DNA of 64,000 nt from Amoebidium appalachense (taxonomy: Eukaryota; Protista; Ichthyosporea), in NCBI GenBank assembly GCA_963693365.1, contig CAVNZM010000013.1, forward strand, positions 2,691,817-2,755,816, given 5' to 3'. The notes below the pieces were generated by a model. The model worked only from the letters and a program-made list of their open reading frames with translations. It made no database searches and was not told the origin of the DNA. The stretch's first letter is position 1; each line of letters opens with the position of its first letter. This document shows positions 38,836 to 52,190 of the stretch, in pieces. The position numbers and the translations under genes were made by a program.

Positions 38836-40463
38836 ACCCGGAGGCCCGCCCGCTGCCCCAGCACCACATTGACACCTCCCGCCTCCGGGAGCTGCTGGCC
38901 ACCTACCCAGACCAATCATTCGCCGCGCAGCTCCTCCACGATGTCGAATTCGGTGTCGACATCGGCTATCGCGGCCCCTCCACCTCTCGGGTGGGCCCCA
39001 ACCTACCCACCACCCCGGAGGCAGCTGCCGCTATCACGGCGGATATTGCCAAAGAAATTGCCCTCGGCCACCTGCGCGGCCCCCTCTCCCTGGCCCAATT
39101 CTTTGACGAATTTCCGGTCCACCGTTCCTCCCCCATCGGCGCCGTTACTAAAACAGGGAACCCCCCCAAGTACCGTCGAATCCACCACCTCTCCTGGCCC
39201 CGGGGCAGCAGTGTCAATGCCAGCATCACCTACCCCGACGAACTTCAGTACATTCGAGCCCGGGACGTCACCCAGCTCATTCTCGACGCAGGCCCCGGCT
39301 GCTACATGGCTGTGGCAGACGTGCAGGCTGCCTTCCGGCACATGCCCATCCGACCAGAAGACCATCACTTAATGGCATTCAAATGGCAGGGGCATTTTTA
39401 CGTTGACACCAGACTGCCCTTCGGCCTGAAATCTAGCCCAGCCATCTGGGAACGGATCGCGGCCACCCTCCAGTGGCTGGCACACCAGCACAATGTTACC
39501 CTCATCCGCCACTACGTAGACGACTGGATTATAGTCGCCCCCACCCAAGAGCAGTGCGAACGTCACCTCTCTACCTTCCTGCAACTCTGCCGAGAGCTGC
39601 ACATTGCCATCTCCGAAGACAAGATGCAGGGCCCGGCTACCCGTATCGTCTTCATCGGTATCGAATTCGACTCCATCGCCATGGAGGCACGGATCCCTGC
39701 TTCCAAAATCTCGGACCTACTCGACCTCACTTCCCACCCAAAACCCACCATCACCATTCGGGACCTGCAATCCCTCCTCGGCAAACTCACCTGGTGTGCC
39801 CAGCTGGTTCCCCCCGGGAGGGCCTTCTCCCAGCGCCTATGGGCCCTTCTCCGGACCCACCCACACCTTGCCGGCCACCACCACATCCGGCTGACCGCTG
39901 CCGCCCGGGCCGACGTAGCCGAATGGCACCAGTTCCTCACATCATGGAATGGGGTGCACCTCATCACCCCCCCCACATACACCACCCTGGCCACCGATGC
40001 TGCCGGATCAGTGGGTCTAGGGGGCCACTGGCTCGACCAATGGTTTTTCATGCCCTGGTCCCCCTCCACCCAAGCCCTCTATGCTCATGAGGGTAAACTC
40101 GGTTCTTCCGTCATCGAACTCCTGGCCATCGCAGCCGCCGTGGCCCTCTGGGCCTCCTCCTGGTCCACCCACCATGTCCGTATTTTATGCGACAACACGG
40201 GTGCTGTGTCGGACCTGCACTCCCGGTCTTCCCCCCACCCCGTGATGGCCAAACTTATTCGGTTCATCACCCGCATGGAAATGCAATACCAATTTACGTT
40301 ACAGGCATCCTACCTACCGGGACCCCTCAACCATCTAGCCGATGCCATTTCTCGTAACCAACTTCCCCGGGCCCGACGACTCCGACCTTCCCTGCAACCG
40401 GAGCCATGCCCCTTCCCCTCCTGGCTCCACGAGTTCCTAATAGTATCCCTTCCCCTGGGCTAA
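38836..40463 (+). CDS. Reverse transcriptase-RNase H of copy 1
   Basis: KYRRIHHLSWP, ADVQAAFRHMPI, LPFGLKSSP, HYVDDW, FIGIEFDS, LQSLLGKL; RNase H TDAAGSVG, IELLAI, CDNTGAV, NHLADAISR. No methyltransferase domain seen. Start placed at the predicted splice acceptor. Confidence 0.92.
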
Positions 40464-40485
40464 CCCCCCCCCCCCCCCCCCCCAG

Positions 40486-41522
40486 ATCTCCCCTTCCAGA
40501 GCAACGCTGGCAGATTGGCCCCCCACTTTGCTCCGGCCGAGCTGCTTCGAGCCACCACTACCCTGCAGGAATGCCAGGCCCTGAGTCTCAACCTCGACTC
40601 TCGGGCCTCTTACTCCCGGGTGCAAAAAGTGTTCATCGATTTTTGTGCGGCATCTCGGCTGCAATCCTCCTCCGGGTCCTCCCTCCCGGCCTCCCCACAC
40701 ACCCTGCAGCTCTTTCTCGCCTGGTGTGCCCAACGAGGGGTACAGGCCTCTTCCTTGGCCGGCTACAATTCGGCTATCACCCGACTCCACCTCGACATGG
40801 GCCTCCCTGCTCCCTACCCCCACGACAAGGCTCTGGCCTGGTTCCTACGAGGGGTGGGCAGATGGCAGCTTTCTCACAACATCCGACCCCGATCATCCAC
40901 CAGGGAGCCCCTCCTGCCCTCCCACCTCAGCCAACTCCATGGCCAGTGCCCCACCAAGGCCTCCTCGGCCAATCTCCGGCTATGGACGGCCCTCATCGTC
41001 GGTTTCTGTGGTCTCCTCCGTTCAGGGGAATTTACCTCCAAAACCCTGGCTTCCTTCAACCCGTCCCGTCACGTTAAACGGAAGGACGCAACCTTCAGCT
41101 ACACCCCCACCGGTACTTTGTCCCATGCCACCCTCCACCTGCCAACCTCCAAGACGGATGTACAGGCCAGAGGTGTCAACGTCACTCTGGCTGCCCTGCC
41201 CCTCACCCACTTCTCCCCAGCCCACCTCCTCCGGCAGTTCCTGGATACAACGCCCGGTCAACCCGACGACCCCCTGTTCAGTCTCGGTGGCATTCCCTAC
41301 ACCAAGAGTGCTTTCTCTGCCGACTTCCGTGCCCTCCTCTCCCGGGCAGGCCTCTCCCCCTCTCGGTTTGCCGGCCACAGCCCTGGCTGAGGCCGGGGTC
41401 GACGACTCCCGGATCAAACAACTCGGCAGATGGTCCTCCGGCTGTTTCCTGATCTATACCCGACTTCGCCCGGCCTCCATTGCTGCCACTACCACACGTG
41501 TATTCGCCTCTATTCTTAAGTG
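40486..41522 (+). pseudogene. Tyrosine recombinase of copy 1, ~22-bp deletion in the HxxR motif
   Basis: GFCGLLRSGEF, SKTD, FAGHS then frameshift; continues EAGVDDSRIKQLGRWSSGCFLIYTR. Copy 2 supplies the missing LRIGGATA. Confidence 0.88.
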
Positions 41523-42456
41523 CATCAGCAAACATCTCCCGGCATCTTTTTCCCGTCTCAAACCAGTCTGGGACATCCTAAACCCGTAACCCATCCTGAA
41601 CCATACCCTTTGTAACCGTTATTAGTTAGAGATGACTCCAAGCTATCCCTAACCCGTCCGGCTTTAGCAGGCGATATTAAAGACATCTCTGTAAGTACGT
41701 CCTTAGCATATCTGTAACCCGGCGAAACCCTATCCGGTGTTCCATCTGTTTCCTCCCCCAAGCATATCTTAGAGCCGTCTTTGTTATGTCTTAAACGAAT
41801 CTATAAAAAGACAATATTTATGAACTTTTACTAAAAAGATATCCCCAGCATATCTGTAAGCTATCGATCAGCCGTCTACAAGAGCGCTTTGCGATCACCA
41901 ATATCCATCTTTAATACTACTTTATGTAGTTCAGACGAGTATATATGGCATACTTAACACCTCTTGAAGAATTTGCAGAGATATATTACAGATATGTTGT
42001 GGTTAACCTAAATGTATCCTTACGATGTAGTTATGTAATATGTTATTTCAGTCTAACACGAGTTGTCGACTTTAGGACGTACTAAAAGCAACTCACCGAT
42101 AGGCTAGGGATATTTTTATTGGTACACAGTGACACAAACAAGATATGCGTGAGACGTATTTACGTCATAATATAGATTCATCATCAATTGAGGAAAAGAC
42201 ACAATTAATATACACTTTAGACGGCTTTAGGACGGCCTAACGTTATATATGGCCGCTCCCATAGATAGAATAATTATATATTCATAGTTCTGGTAAGAGC
42301 ACCGGAAGATTTCTTGATGCAATTTTAAAGCCATCTTTCAGGATGTTCTAAAAGTCACACTAAAAAGACCGTCGTCATCCTTAAAGTCATCTGTTGGATG
42401 GCTGGAGGTTGTCGTGATGATATCTTAAACCCCCACCTCCCTCCTCCTCCCCCCCC

Positions 42457-42487
<31 letters not shown>

Positions 42488-42494
42488 ACCCACC

Positions 42495-42900
42495 CACCCC
42501 ACATGAACCTTTGACGATCGATGACGACGATGAGGTGCCAGACCCACAGGGTCTTTTCCTGGGGACCACCACCCACCCCACATGAACCTTTGACGATCGA
42601 TGACGACGACGAGGTGCCAGACCCACAGGGTCTTGCCTCCATACTAATTTACCTTAACAGGACAAAGAGCCGGTACCCACCTATGGGTGCTAAACATGCA
42701 CATGATCATTCGTGTGCTATAAGAGCAACACAGAAACGGTACACGGAAACAACAGCAGCCATAGGACAAAGAGCCCCAGACCCACAGGGTCTTGCCTCCA
42801 TACTTTATTTACCCTAACAGGACAAAGAGCCGGTACCCACCTATGAAACGAAAAACGGAAACAACAGCAGCCATAGGACAAAGAGCCGGTACCCACCTCT
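42495..42900. repeat. Short direct duplications inside the TIR element
   Basis: CCCCACATGAACCTTTGACGATCGATGACGACGAYGAGGTGCCAGACCCACAGGGTCTT twice; GGACAAAGAGCCGGTACCCACCT three times. Confidence 0.75.
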
Positions 42901-43477
42901 AGATGATAACGTAGCCTTATAGCTGCTGATGACTTCATGGGCCAACATTGCCAAAACCTGTAAAGGAACTCGAGCTAAGAATTAGCTCATCCTACTTGCG
43001 AGAAGTGGGGGGGGGGGGGGGGGGGGGGGGGGGACTGAGGGGGCTGACTGAGAGTGGCAAAAAAAGATTCGACAGAACCAACCTCAAACATAGTAAGGAC
43101 GGAAACCCGGACCAGAACTTATGAAGTCTAGAGAAACAGAAAATAGCTTGAACGATCGGTGGAGTGGATGATAGCTATAGTGCTAACAGCAAAAGTAGTG
43201 CCCACAGTCGCTGGTTCAGGAACGTGAAAGGCAACGTGCATCTGCAGCCAGCAGACACACGCACACGCACGCACACACACACACATACACACACACACAC
43301 ACAGACACAGACACAGACATAATCACAGGACGGACACAGACCAGACAGACAAACGCCATATGCACAAAAGCAGGCAACACAAAACTAACCTTCAAAGGGC
43401 CTTTCAGCCGTTAGGCAGCATGCAGCATGGTCCAAAATAATCAGCACGGTAGCTGCGCGATCTGCGGAGGGGATCTG

Positions 43478-43582
43478 TGACCAGGCGACCTGCGGGAAGG
43501 GAACTGCGACCAGGCGACCTGCGGGAAGGGACCTGCGACCAGGCGACCTGCGGGAAAGGACCTGCGGACCTGCGGGAAGGGG
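43478..43582. repeat. ~31-bp tandem repeat
   Basis: GACCAGGCGACCTGCGGGAAGGG about 3 times. Confidence 0.8.
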
Positions 43583-43924
43583 GAAGAGAAATGGAGCGAA
43601 CAACGTGCGTACAGGCTTAAATGGAGAAAAAATTGCAAACCGGATTGGGATTTAGCCAATCACTATTCGCCGCGCCTGATTAGGAAAAAGATAAAAATAG
43701 ATTTCGGCTCGCGCGCGCGCGCGCATCAGCTTGGTGCCCTTAGCGCTACCCTTAGTGCCCTTAGTCACAACTATCAGACTATAGTTACGTGTCCTCCACT
43801 TCTTTGTTCTTGACCATTTTTTCGGCATGAAAGGGTTTCTGTTACTTCTTGCTGTCCTTCTTAGCGTGCTTGCTTGTCTTTTTTTCAACATGGGTGTCAC
43901 TGGCGCTTTCGACTTCTTTGAAAT

Positions 43925-43967
<43 letters not shown>

Positions 43968-44003
43968 GCGCGCGCGCGCACGCACACACACTCACACATG
44001 CAC

Positions 44004-44035
<32 letters not shown>

Positions 44036-44649
44036 GGCGCGCACACACAGGCACGCACACACACACAGGCGCACACCTACACAACACACACAGCACATGC
44101 ACACACAAGCGCACACATGCACACACCCTGTTATCCCTGATCATGATGCCCCCTCCCCCCCCCTCCCTCTTCCCCCCCCGCGCACCCCCCCCCCCCCCCC
44201 CCCACCCACCCCACCCACCCACCTACAAAGACGAAAACATTGTACATGTATTGCATACACAAATATACTCGCACATATACATACACACATTCACTTTAAT
44301 CTTTCAGGCTACATGTGCAATATACATTAATTATGCACAGTCGATAGAATTCGTTGTGAACCCCCCCCCCCCCCCCCCTCCTCGTTCCCCCCATATGCAA
44401 TGGGGATAATATTGTTTCCCGCTATTAATAAAAAAAATCACCGTTCTAACTTCCTAAGACCGAACCACTTGTAACACCGACAGTTTCGGTTGTGTGGAAC
44501 CCCCCCCCCCCCCCCCCCCTCCCCCCCCCCCCCCCCAACCCACCCACCACCACCTTACCAATATTGAGGTGTACACTGCCCCCACATCCCCAACTGTGTG
44601 CTGAATATCCCGTGCTAGGAAACCAATAACGTGAAAGTAACACATGCCG

Positions 44650-47040
44650 CATGTGGGTAGTTAATGAAAAAACCAATAATGTCTAGGTAACACATGGACG
44701 TATACTATGCTACAAGGGGGGTCTATTCGAGCTACAACATTGTGTTTTTTTCGTGTGACCCTCGTACTCCAGGGGCACATGCTCCATCCCCCCCATAAAC
44801 TGTGTGGTAAATGTCTCGTGCTAGAAGCTGTTCTGTGGGTAGTTATTGAAAAAACCAATAATGTCTAGGTAACACATGTACATATACTATGCTACAATTG
44901 CAAGGGGGGTTCTATTCGAGCTACAATGTTGTGTTTTTTTCGTGTGACCCTTGTACTCCAGGGGCACATTCACCATCCCCCCCATAAACGTTGTGGTAAA
45001 TGTCTCGTGCTAGAAGCTGTTCTGTGGGTAGTTATTGAAAAAACCAATAATGTCTAGGTAACACATGGACGTATACTATGCTACAAGGGGGGTCTATTCG
45101 AGCTACAACATTGTGTTTTTTTCGTGTGACCCTCGTACTCCAGGGGCACATTCACCATCCCCCCCATAAACATTGTGGTAAAGGTCTCGTGCTAGAAGCT
45201 GTTCTGTTGGTGGTTATTGAAAAAACCAATAATGTCTAGGTAACACATGTACATATACTATGCTACAAGGGGGGTTCTATTCGAGCTACAATGTTGTGTT
45301 TTTTTCGTGTGACCTTCGTACTCCAGGGGCACATTCACCATCCCCCCCATAAACGTTGTGGTAAATCTCTCGTGCTAGAGGCTGTTCTGTGGGTAGTTAT
45401 TGAAAAACCAATAATGTCTAGATAACATATGTACATATACTATGCTACAAGGGGGGTTCTCTATGAAAACTACTCCGGGACGTGTGTTGCCTCTAGGGGG
45501 ACATCCCCTTGGACGAAAGTGAACCTGCAATGGTTGTAAACCACGGCAGGCCCCCAGTCATCAATTTATTGATCCGTGAGGTCCTTGTGCCCAAAAAACG
45601 GGGGAAGTCTTCGCCCCGTGAAAAAACAGCACGTATGTGGGGATCAATGGGGGTTGAGTGTAGGGTGTAAGTGGGTGGGTGAAAAAGAAAATATAGCTGT
45701 AAAGCTGTAGGTGCTAAACACAGAAGATGTGTTTGTTGCCTGCTGATCTGCTAAAAACTGTCGTGCTTATATACCTAAGGCTACCGAACTGAGCCAATCA
45801 AAATCGATCTAGTGTTATGTGAAATCTGATCCTGAGCCAACCAAACTCGGTCTAGTGATCTGTGGAATCTGATGTTTTGATCGGCTAATAGGTGCCCGTA
45901 TGCGGGCAGCCGAACGCGAACTGCTAAAACATGAAACGAAGCCTGTTGATATCGGACACCCATCCTACGTGTTTACCCAGAAAAATATTTATGTCAATAA
46001 TTTCCACAAATAAAACCTATACGAGCTACAACGTTGTGTTTTTTTCGTGTGACCCTCGTACTCCAGGGGTACATTTACCATCCCCCCCATAAACGTTGTG
46101 GTAAAGGTCTCGTGCCAGAAGCTGTTCTGTGGGTAGTTATTGAAAAAACCAATAATGTCTAGGTAACATATGTACATATACTATGCTACAAGGGGGGTTC
46201 TATACGAGCTACAACGTTGTGTTTTTTTCGTGTGACCCTTGTACTCCAGGGGCACATTCACCATCCCCCCCATAAACTTTGTGGTAAAGGTCTCGTGCTA
46301 GAAGCTGTTCTGTGGGTAGTTATTGAAAAAACCAATAATGTCTAGGTAACATATGTACATATACTATGCTACAAGGGGGGTTCTATTCGAGCTACAATGT
46401 TGTGTTTTTTTCGTGTGACCCTCGTACTCCAGAGGCACATTCACCATCCCCCCCATAAACGTTGTGGTAAATCTCTCGTGCTAGAGGCTGTTCTGTGGGT
46501 AGTTATTGAAAGACCAATAATGTCTAGGTAACATATGTACATATACTATGCTACAAGGGGGGTTCTATACGAGCTACAACGTTGTGTTTTTTTCGTGTGA
46601 CCCTCGTACTCCAGGGGCACATTCACCATCCCCCCATAAACGTTGTGGTAAAGGTCTCGTGCTAGAAGCTGTTCTGTTGGTAGTTATTGAAAAAACCAAT
46701 AATGTCTAGGTAACACATGTACATATACTATGCTACAAGGGGGGTTCTATTCGAGCTACAATGTTGTGTTTTTTTCGTGTGACCTTCGTACTCCAGGGGC
46801 ACATTCACCATCCCCCCCATAAACTTTGTGGTAAATCTCTCGTGCTAGAGGCTGTTCTGTGGGTAGTTATTGAAAAACCAATAATGTCTAGGTAACATAT
46901 GTACATATACTATGCTACAAGGGGGGTTCTATACGAGCTACAACGTTGTGGTTTTTTCGTGTGACCCTCGTACTCCAGGGGCACATTCACCATCCCCCAT
47001 AAACTTTGTGGTAAATGTCTCGTGCCAGAAGCTGTTCTGT
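44650..47040. repeat. ~182-bp satellite array, ~10 copies, interrupted at 45460-46017
   Basis: CTATGCTACAA recurs at 44705, 44887, 45076, 45258, 45440, 46181, 46364, 46546, 46728, 46910. Confidence 0.95.
45460..46017 (-). mobile_element. Solo A-spacer-B remnant of the Ngaro-type element
   Basis: Reverse complement runs GGTTTTATTTGTGGAAA...GGAGTAGTTTTCATAGA, matching 56681-57248; it splits satellite motif GGGGGGTTC^TATACGAGC without a TSD. Confidence 0.92.
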
Positions 47041-47220
47041 GTCTGATGTGTGGATGTCTGTGTATGTTGTGTGTGTGTGCATGTCTGTGTGTGTGTATGT
47101 GCTCAGTTGAAAGGGAAGGGGGGGAGAGGGGGGATGCACCGTGTGTGTGCATGTGTGCACGTGTGTGTGTGTGTGCTCTGTGGAGAGGGAAGGGGAGGGG
47201 GGAAATGCACCGTGTGTGTG

Positions 47221-47258
<38 letters not shown>

Positions 47259-47445
47259 TGTGTGTATGTGTGTGTGCCACAGTGTATGTGTGTGTGTGTG
47301 TTGTGTGTTTGTGTGTGTGTGCATGTCTGTGTGCATCGTGTATGGTGTGTGTGTGTGTGTGTGCATGTCTGTGCATGTGTGCATGTGCTCGGTGGAGAGG
47401 GAAGGGGAAGGGGGGGATTCGTGTCCGTGCATGTGTGCATGTGTG

Positions 47446-47486
<41 letters not shown>

Positions 47487-47930
47487 ATGTATGTGTGTGT
47501 GTATGTGCTCAGTTGAGAGGGAAGGAGAGAGGGGGGATGCACCGTGTGTGTGCATGTGTGCACGTGTGTGTGTGTGTGCTTTGTGGAGAGGGAAGGGGAT
47601 GGGGGAAATGCACCGTGTGTGTGCATGTGTGTGTGTGTGTGTGTGCGTGTGTGTGTGTGTGTTGTGTGTTTGTGTTGGTGTGTGCATGTCTGTGTGCATC
47701 GTGTATGTTGTGTGTGTGTGTGTGCATGTCTGTGCATGTGTGCATGTGCTCGGTGGAGAGGGAAGGGGAAGGGGGGGATTCGTGTCCGTGCATGTGTGCA
47801 TGTGTGCATGTGCGTGTGTGTGTGTGTGTGCGTGTGTGTGTGTGTGTGCGCGCATGTATGTGTGTGTGTATGTGCTCAGTTGAGAGGGAAGGGGAGGGGG
47901 GGGATGCACCGTGTGTGTGCATGTGTGCAT
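47040..47930. repeat. ~370-410-bp tandem duplication of a (GT)n-rich compound unit
   Basis: GTGCTCAGTTGARAGGGAAGG..GGATGCACCGTGTG at ~47099, ~47505 and ~47872. Confidence 0.75.
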
Positions 47931-50900
47931 GTTAATGCAAAGTACACACGGGGGAGTCCGTAGAATGTTTTCCCGACGGAGGGGGGGGGGGGGGGGGGGG
48001 CATGATCGGGGAATTTCAGTGTTTTCTCCAGTCCCGCATGCAACATACCAGCCTTCGTATTCAAAAAACCCAAACACCCTTTCCTTTAGCAAGTAGCTGA
48101 CTTTCTCACCACCAAACGTAGATGGGGGTGGGGGGGAGTGCCCACGTTCACCCACACATCCCCACGGGCATTTGCCGGGCCCATCAGGGGGGGTCCAAGA
48201 GGGGGGGGGGGGGGGGGGTCATTCTATAGTGTGCATGTGTTGTGGAGGGAATTTGAAACGTGCAAAAACCCTCAGAATGGACGGATTTCGATGCAGTTTT
48301 TTTTGTTTTCCCAATGGGAAGGTACGTTAATGCAAAGTACACACGGGGGAGTCCATAGGATTTTTTCCCGACGGACGGGGGACGTGATCGGGGAATTTCA
48401 AGAAGAAAAATCTAAAATCTCAATATCTGCCAAAACCCTCCGAATGGACGGGGGGGGGGGGGGGGGGGGGGAGGCATCAAACGTGATGGCTCACCCCCCC
48501 CCCCCCCCCCCCCTCTCCCCGGCGGGCCCGCCGCTGCGCTGCGGAAGATTACTCTGATCTACTCGAATCCTTTTGTCCCAAACACAGGCTTGCAGGATAA
48601 GAAAGGCCTGCACCTTGCAACGCTGGATGCCTATTTTGCATCAGAAGGGAACTTTGACCCCAGCCCCAGGCTTGAAGGACGTGGCAATTGCCTAAAGTTC
48701 CTGCCGCTACAGCTGCAGTTGTTCCTAGCGGGCTTAACGCCTGCTGAAGCACGCGGGGGGATCTGCCTCTTCCAGTGAAAAGAAAAATATTCCCATACAA
48801 CTTGAACAGCTGCTATATTCGACTGCAAGAAGGTGAGGAGGGAGTGTATCTTAGGGTGGTGGGGTGTAAGGAGTTTTATGGTCGGCGATCCGCACTGCAG
48901 TTTCAGGTATGGTTGGCGTATTTATTCAGGACGTACTGACAGAATAGTAAGTATAGCTCTAGTATAGCGTGAGGATATTCTTAGGAGCTTCCTAAGGTAT
49001 GCGATATATATCTTTGCGTTTTTTTGCGTTTTTTGTGCATTTTTTTATTTTTTATTTTTTAATGTGTTTATTTAGGGTAAATTCAACGCACCGGCCACTT
49101 GCTCCGCGCAGGCATTGCACCGTTTGCCAAAGTATCTCGCCTAATTTATAGGTACCTTAAATATTATTACAACTAAAACTTCTGTATTTGGCAGTTGAAT
49201 GCCCCAGTTTTACTTACATTATACGGATCATGATTGTAAGATAACAGTGCTTCGGATTCTGTTTTGCACTCCTCCAGTAAATCTTTGTTTCCATTGGCTA
49301 TCATCTCGCACGCACCTGCGCGACGCCTTCATGTTTCATGTTTCAATAAAAGCGTGACCTTGTGACGCCTTCATTGTGAATGCTGTGTGAAATTCGATCC
49401 TAAAAAACAACCAATCAAAAACGTTGGAGTAATCTATCCCACAATCAAATGCGCAATCCCTTTTCCCGCCGTATATATTGAGCTAACCCTCGCATCACGG
49501 AACGTGGTCCTGGGTAATCGGCATTGACAGGGTGGTAAAGAGGCCGTGGCTGAGCTCGTTAGCGATACGTGCTTTGCTTTTGTATCCCAGGGAACACTTA
49601 AAGATCATCCAAATCGATCCCATTAAACCCTTAAAGAGGTCCTAAAGTAATCCTAACACAATACCTAATTGCAACTCTGAACATCTTTAAGCTACCCCAA
49701 ATAGGGCGTGAAGATCGCAGAAAGGTATCACCAATACTTGCCTAAGATTGCGTTAGCATATCACATGCACAGACATGGCCTGTCTTGAAGATATAATTGG
49801 GATGGCCAATAGTGCTACAAAAGAACTCTCCAAAGATCTCCTTAGATGATCCACTGCCTAGCTGTGATATATCCTGACGACATCCTGTGCACATCCTAAC
49901 GCAATCAGTTCGTTTCGCAAATGTTGCATGGCCATACGGGATTAAGAGAGGATAAAGATTGTACTAAGATCTCTGCAGTACATCTTTAACATATCTCTAC
50001 GCCCATCCCACGAGCGCCTTGTGTCAACTTACTTGCGTGTATAATGCATCTTACACACATCTATATAATATGTATCGGTATCTCTCATAGACATCCTGTA
50101 GAATGAGTGCAGACGTCTTTAGGACATCTGTTAACTACACCATGTTCCGGGATGATAACAATATGTCCTCAATCCGTCCAGGATATCTTTAAGACGTAAT
50201 AGACCAGAAAATTCGAAAGACGTCTTTAATATATCCCGTATGCATCCGCAACCCATCGGACAATTTAAAGGGGGGTTAAGGACATCCGGACTTGTGCTGA
50301 TGGGTATAAGTGCACTTCCAGGTGTCTGTATGACATCTAGTCAGACGACTTTACTACGTCTTTAAGATGTCCACTGTCTTGAATCCATGCCAGACGTATT
50401 TAATATATATGGGATGTGTTTCAGACGCCTTGCCATCCTGAAATTCCGGGTTATCCTAAACCCGTCCTAAGCTATCTTTTAGGTATATTAACGACGATAG
50501 GACGTCCTAAAGTCGTACAGGACAGGTTTCGGATGGGGGGTGATCTTTGCTGATGTGAAACCTTTGGAGCAAGCATACTGCTCTTGTGCCGTGGTTTACA
50601 ACCATTGCAGGTTCACTTTCGTCCAAGGGGATGTCCCCCTAGAGGCAACACACGTCCCGGAGTAGTTTCATAGAGGTTTTATTTGTGGAATTTATTGACA
50701 TAAATATTTTTCTGGGTAATCACGTAGAATGGGTGTTCGATACCAACATAACCATGTAGGCTTCATTTCGTGTTTTAGCAGTTCGCGGTTGGCTGCCCGC
50801 ACACGGGCACCTATTAGCCAATCAAAACATCAGATACCACAGAACACTAGACCGAGTTTGATTGGCTCAGGATCAGATTTCACATAACACTAGATCGATT

Positions 50901-52190
50901 TTGATTGGCTCGGATCGGCAGCCTTAGGTATATAAGCACGACAGTTTTTAGCAGTTCAGCAAGCAACAGACACATCTTCTGTGTTTAGCACCTACAGCTT
51001 TACAGCTATATTTTCCTTTTTCACCCACCCACCTACACCCAACACTCTACCCCCATTGATCCCATACATACGTGCTGTTTTTTCACGGGGCGAAGACTTC
51101 CCCCGTTTTTTGGGCACAAGGACCTCACGGATCAATAAATTGATGACTGGGGGCTTGCCGTGGTTTACAACCATTGCAGGTTCACTTTCGTCCAAGGGGA
51201 TGTCCCCCTAGAGGCAACACACGTCCCGGAGTAGTTTCATAGAATAATAAATTGGTGGACGCTTTTTCTTTTCTTTCTTTCTTTTTTTTTTTTTTTTTTT
51301 TTTTTCCGCCTGGGGGGGGAGGGAGGGGGATGTATGATGGGAACCCCAAATTTATGTTGTAATTGCTGATTGTACGCATACGGGTGTCGAGGTGCAATAT
51401 GATTTGAAGTTGTTGAATGTGTAGAATTGGGTAGATGATATTGATGTCTTGATTTTTTGATGTGTAAGAAGTTTTGTAATAGCCATATGGATAAGAGTGT
51501 CAGATGCTTTGGGGGCCCTACTAGACGTAATGCAATACTGTGCTTTAATTTCTGTTGAATATAAAAGGGAGTGTAGCAAGATGTAATCTTAGTTTGACAT
51601 GAAACGTGTACACGTACTTACACGTACTACCGTAGTTGATAGTTTCACACAATTCTAACAACTTTCAAAATATGGCAGTTGAGATTAAACGCCTAAAAAA
51701 AGAAACCATTGCTGTTTAGAGTGTCACTGTATGTGCAGTATGTGACGGTCCGGCATATGTAGCTATGAAGCAGCATCAAGTAGGCCATCAAAAAAAAATA
51801 AAAAATGAAAAAGGTTTTATTTGTGGAAATTATTGACATAAATATTTTTCTGGGTAATCACGTAGGATGGGTGTTCGATACCAACATAACCATGTAGGCT
51901 TCATTTCGTGTTTTAGCAGTTCGCGGTTGGCTGCCCGCACACGGGCACCTATTAGCCAATCAAAACATCAGATACCACAGATCACTAGACCGAGTTATGA
52001 TTGGCTCGGATCAGATTTCACATATTGCTAGATCGATTTTGATTGGCTCAGATCGGTAGGCTTAGGTATATAAGCACGACAGTTTTTAGCAGATCAGCAA
52101 GCTACAAACACATCTTCTGTGTTTAGCATCCACAGCCTTACAGCTATATATTCCTTTTCACTCTCCCTATCTTTCCCTACGCCGGTCAGC

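Larger units (their letters stand above)
41523..50555. mobile_element. 9-kb non-autonomous TIR DNA transposon with 2-bp TSD (TG)
   Basis: Begins CATCAGCAAACATC, ends GATCTTTGCTGATG; flanked by TG on both sides; removing it and one TG restores TATTCTTAAGTGAAACCTTTGG as in copy 2 (56551-56572). No transposase ORF recognised. Confidence 0.88.
36821..51243 (+). mobile_element. Ngaro-type tyrosine-recombinase retrotransposon copy 1 (interrupted by 9-kb insertion)
   Basis: A1 36821-~37169, gag/pol/YR, insertion 41523-50555, then B1 50587-50674, A2 50675-~51023, spacer, B2 51156-51243. Split direct repeat layout A1-ORFs-B1-A2-B2, no TSD. Confidence 0.92.

Noticed and set aside
39473-41077. Overlapping alternate-frame and antisense ORFs in pol/YR
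   Set aside because: Expected in C-rich coding DNA; no recognisable domain such as a methyltransferase.
44650-47040. 182-bp array with an insert as a CRISPR-like memory locus
   Set aside because: Head-to-tail satellite; the single insert is a retrotransposon solo repeat.
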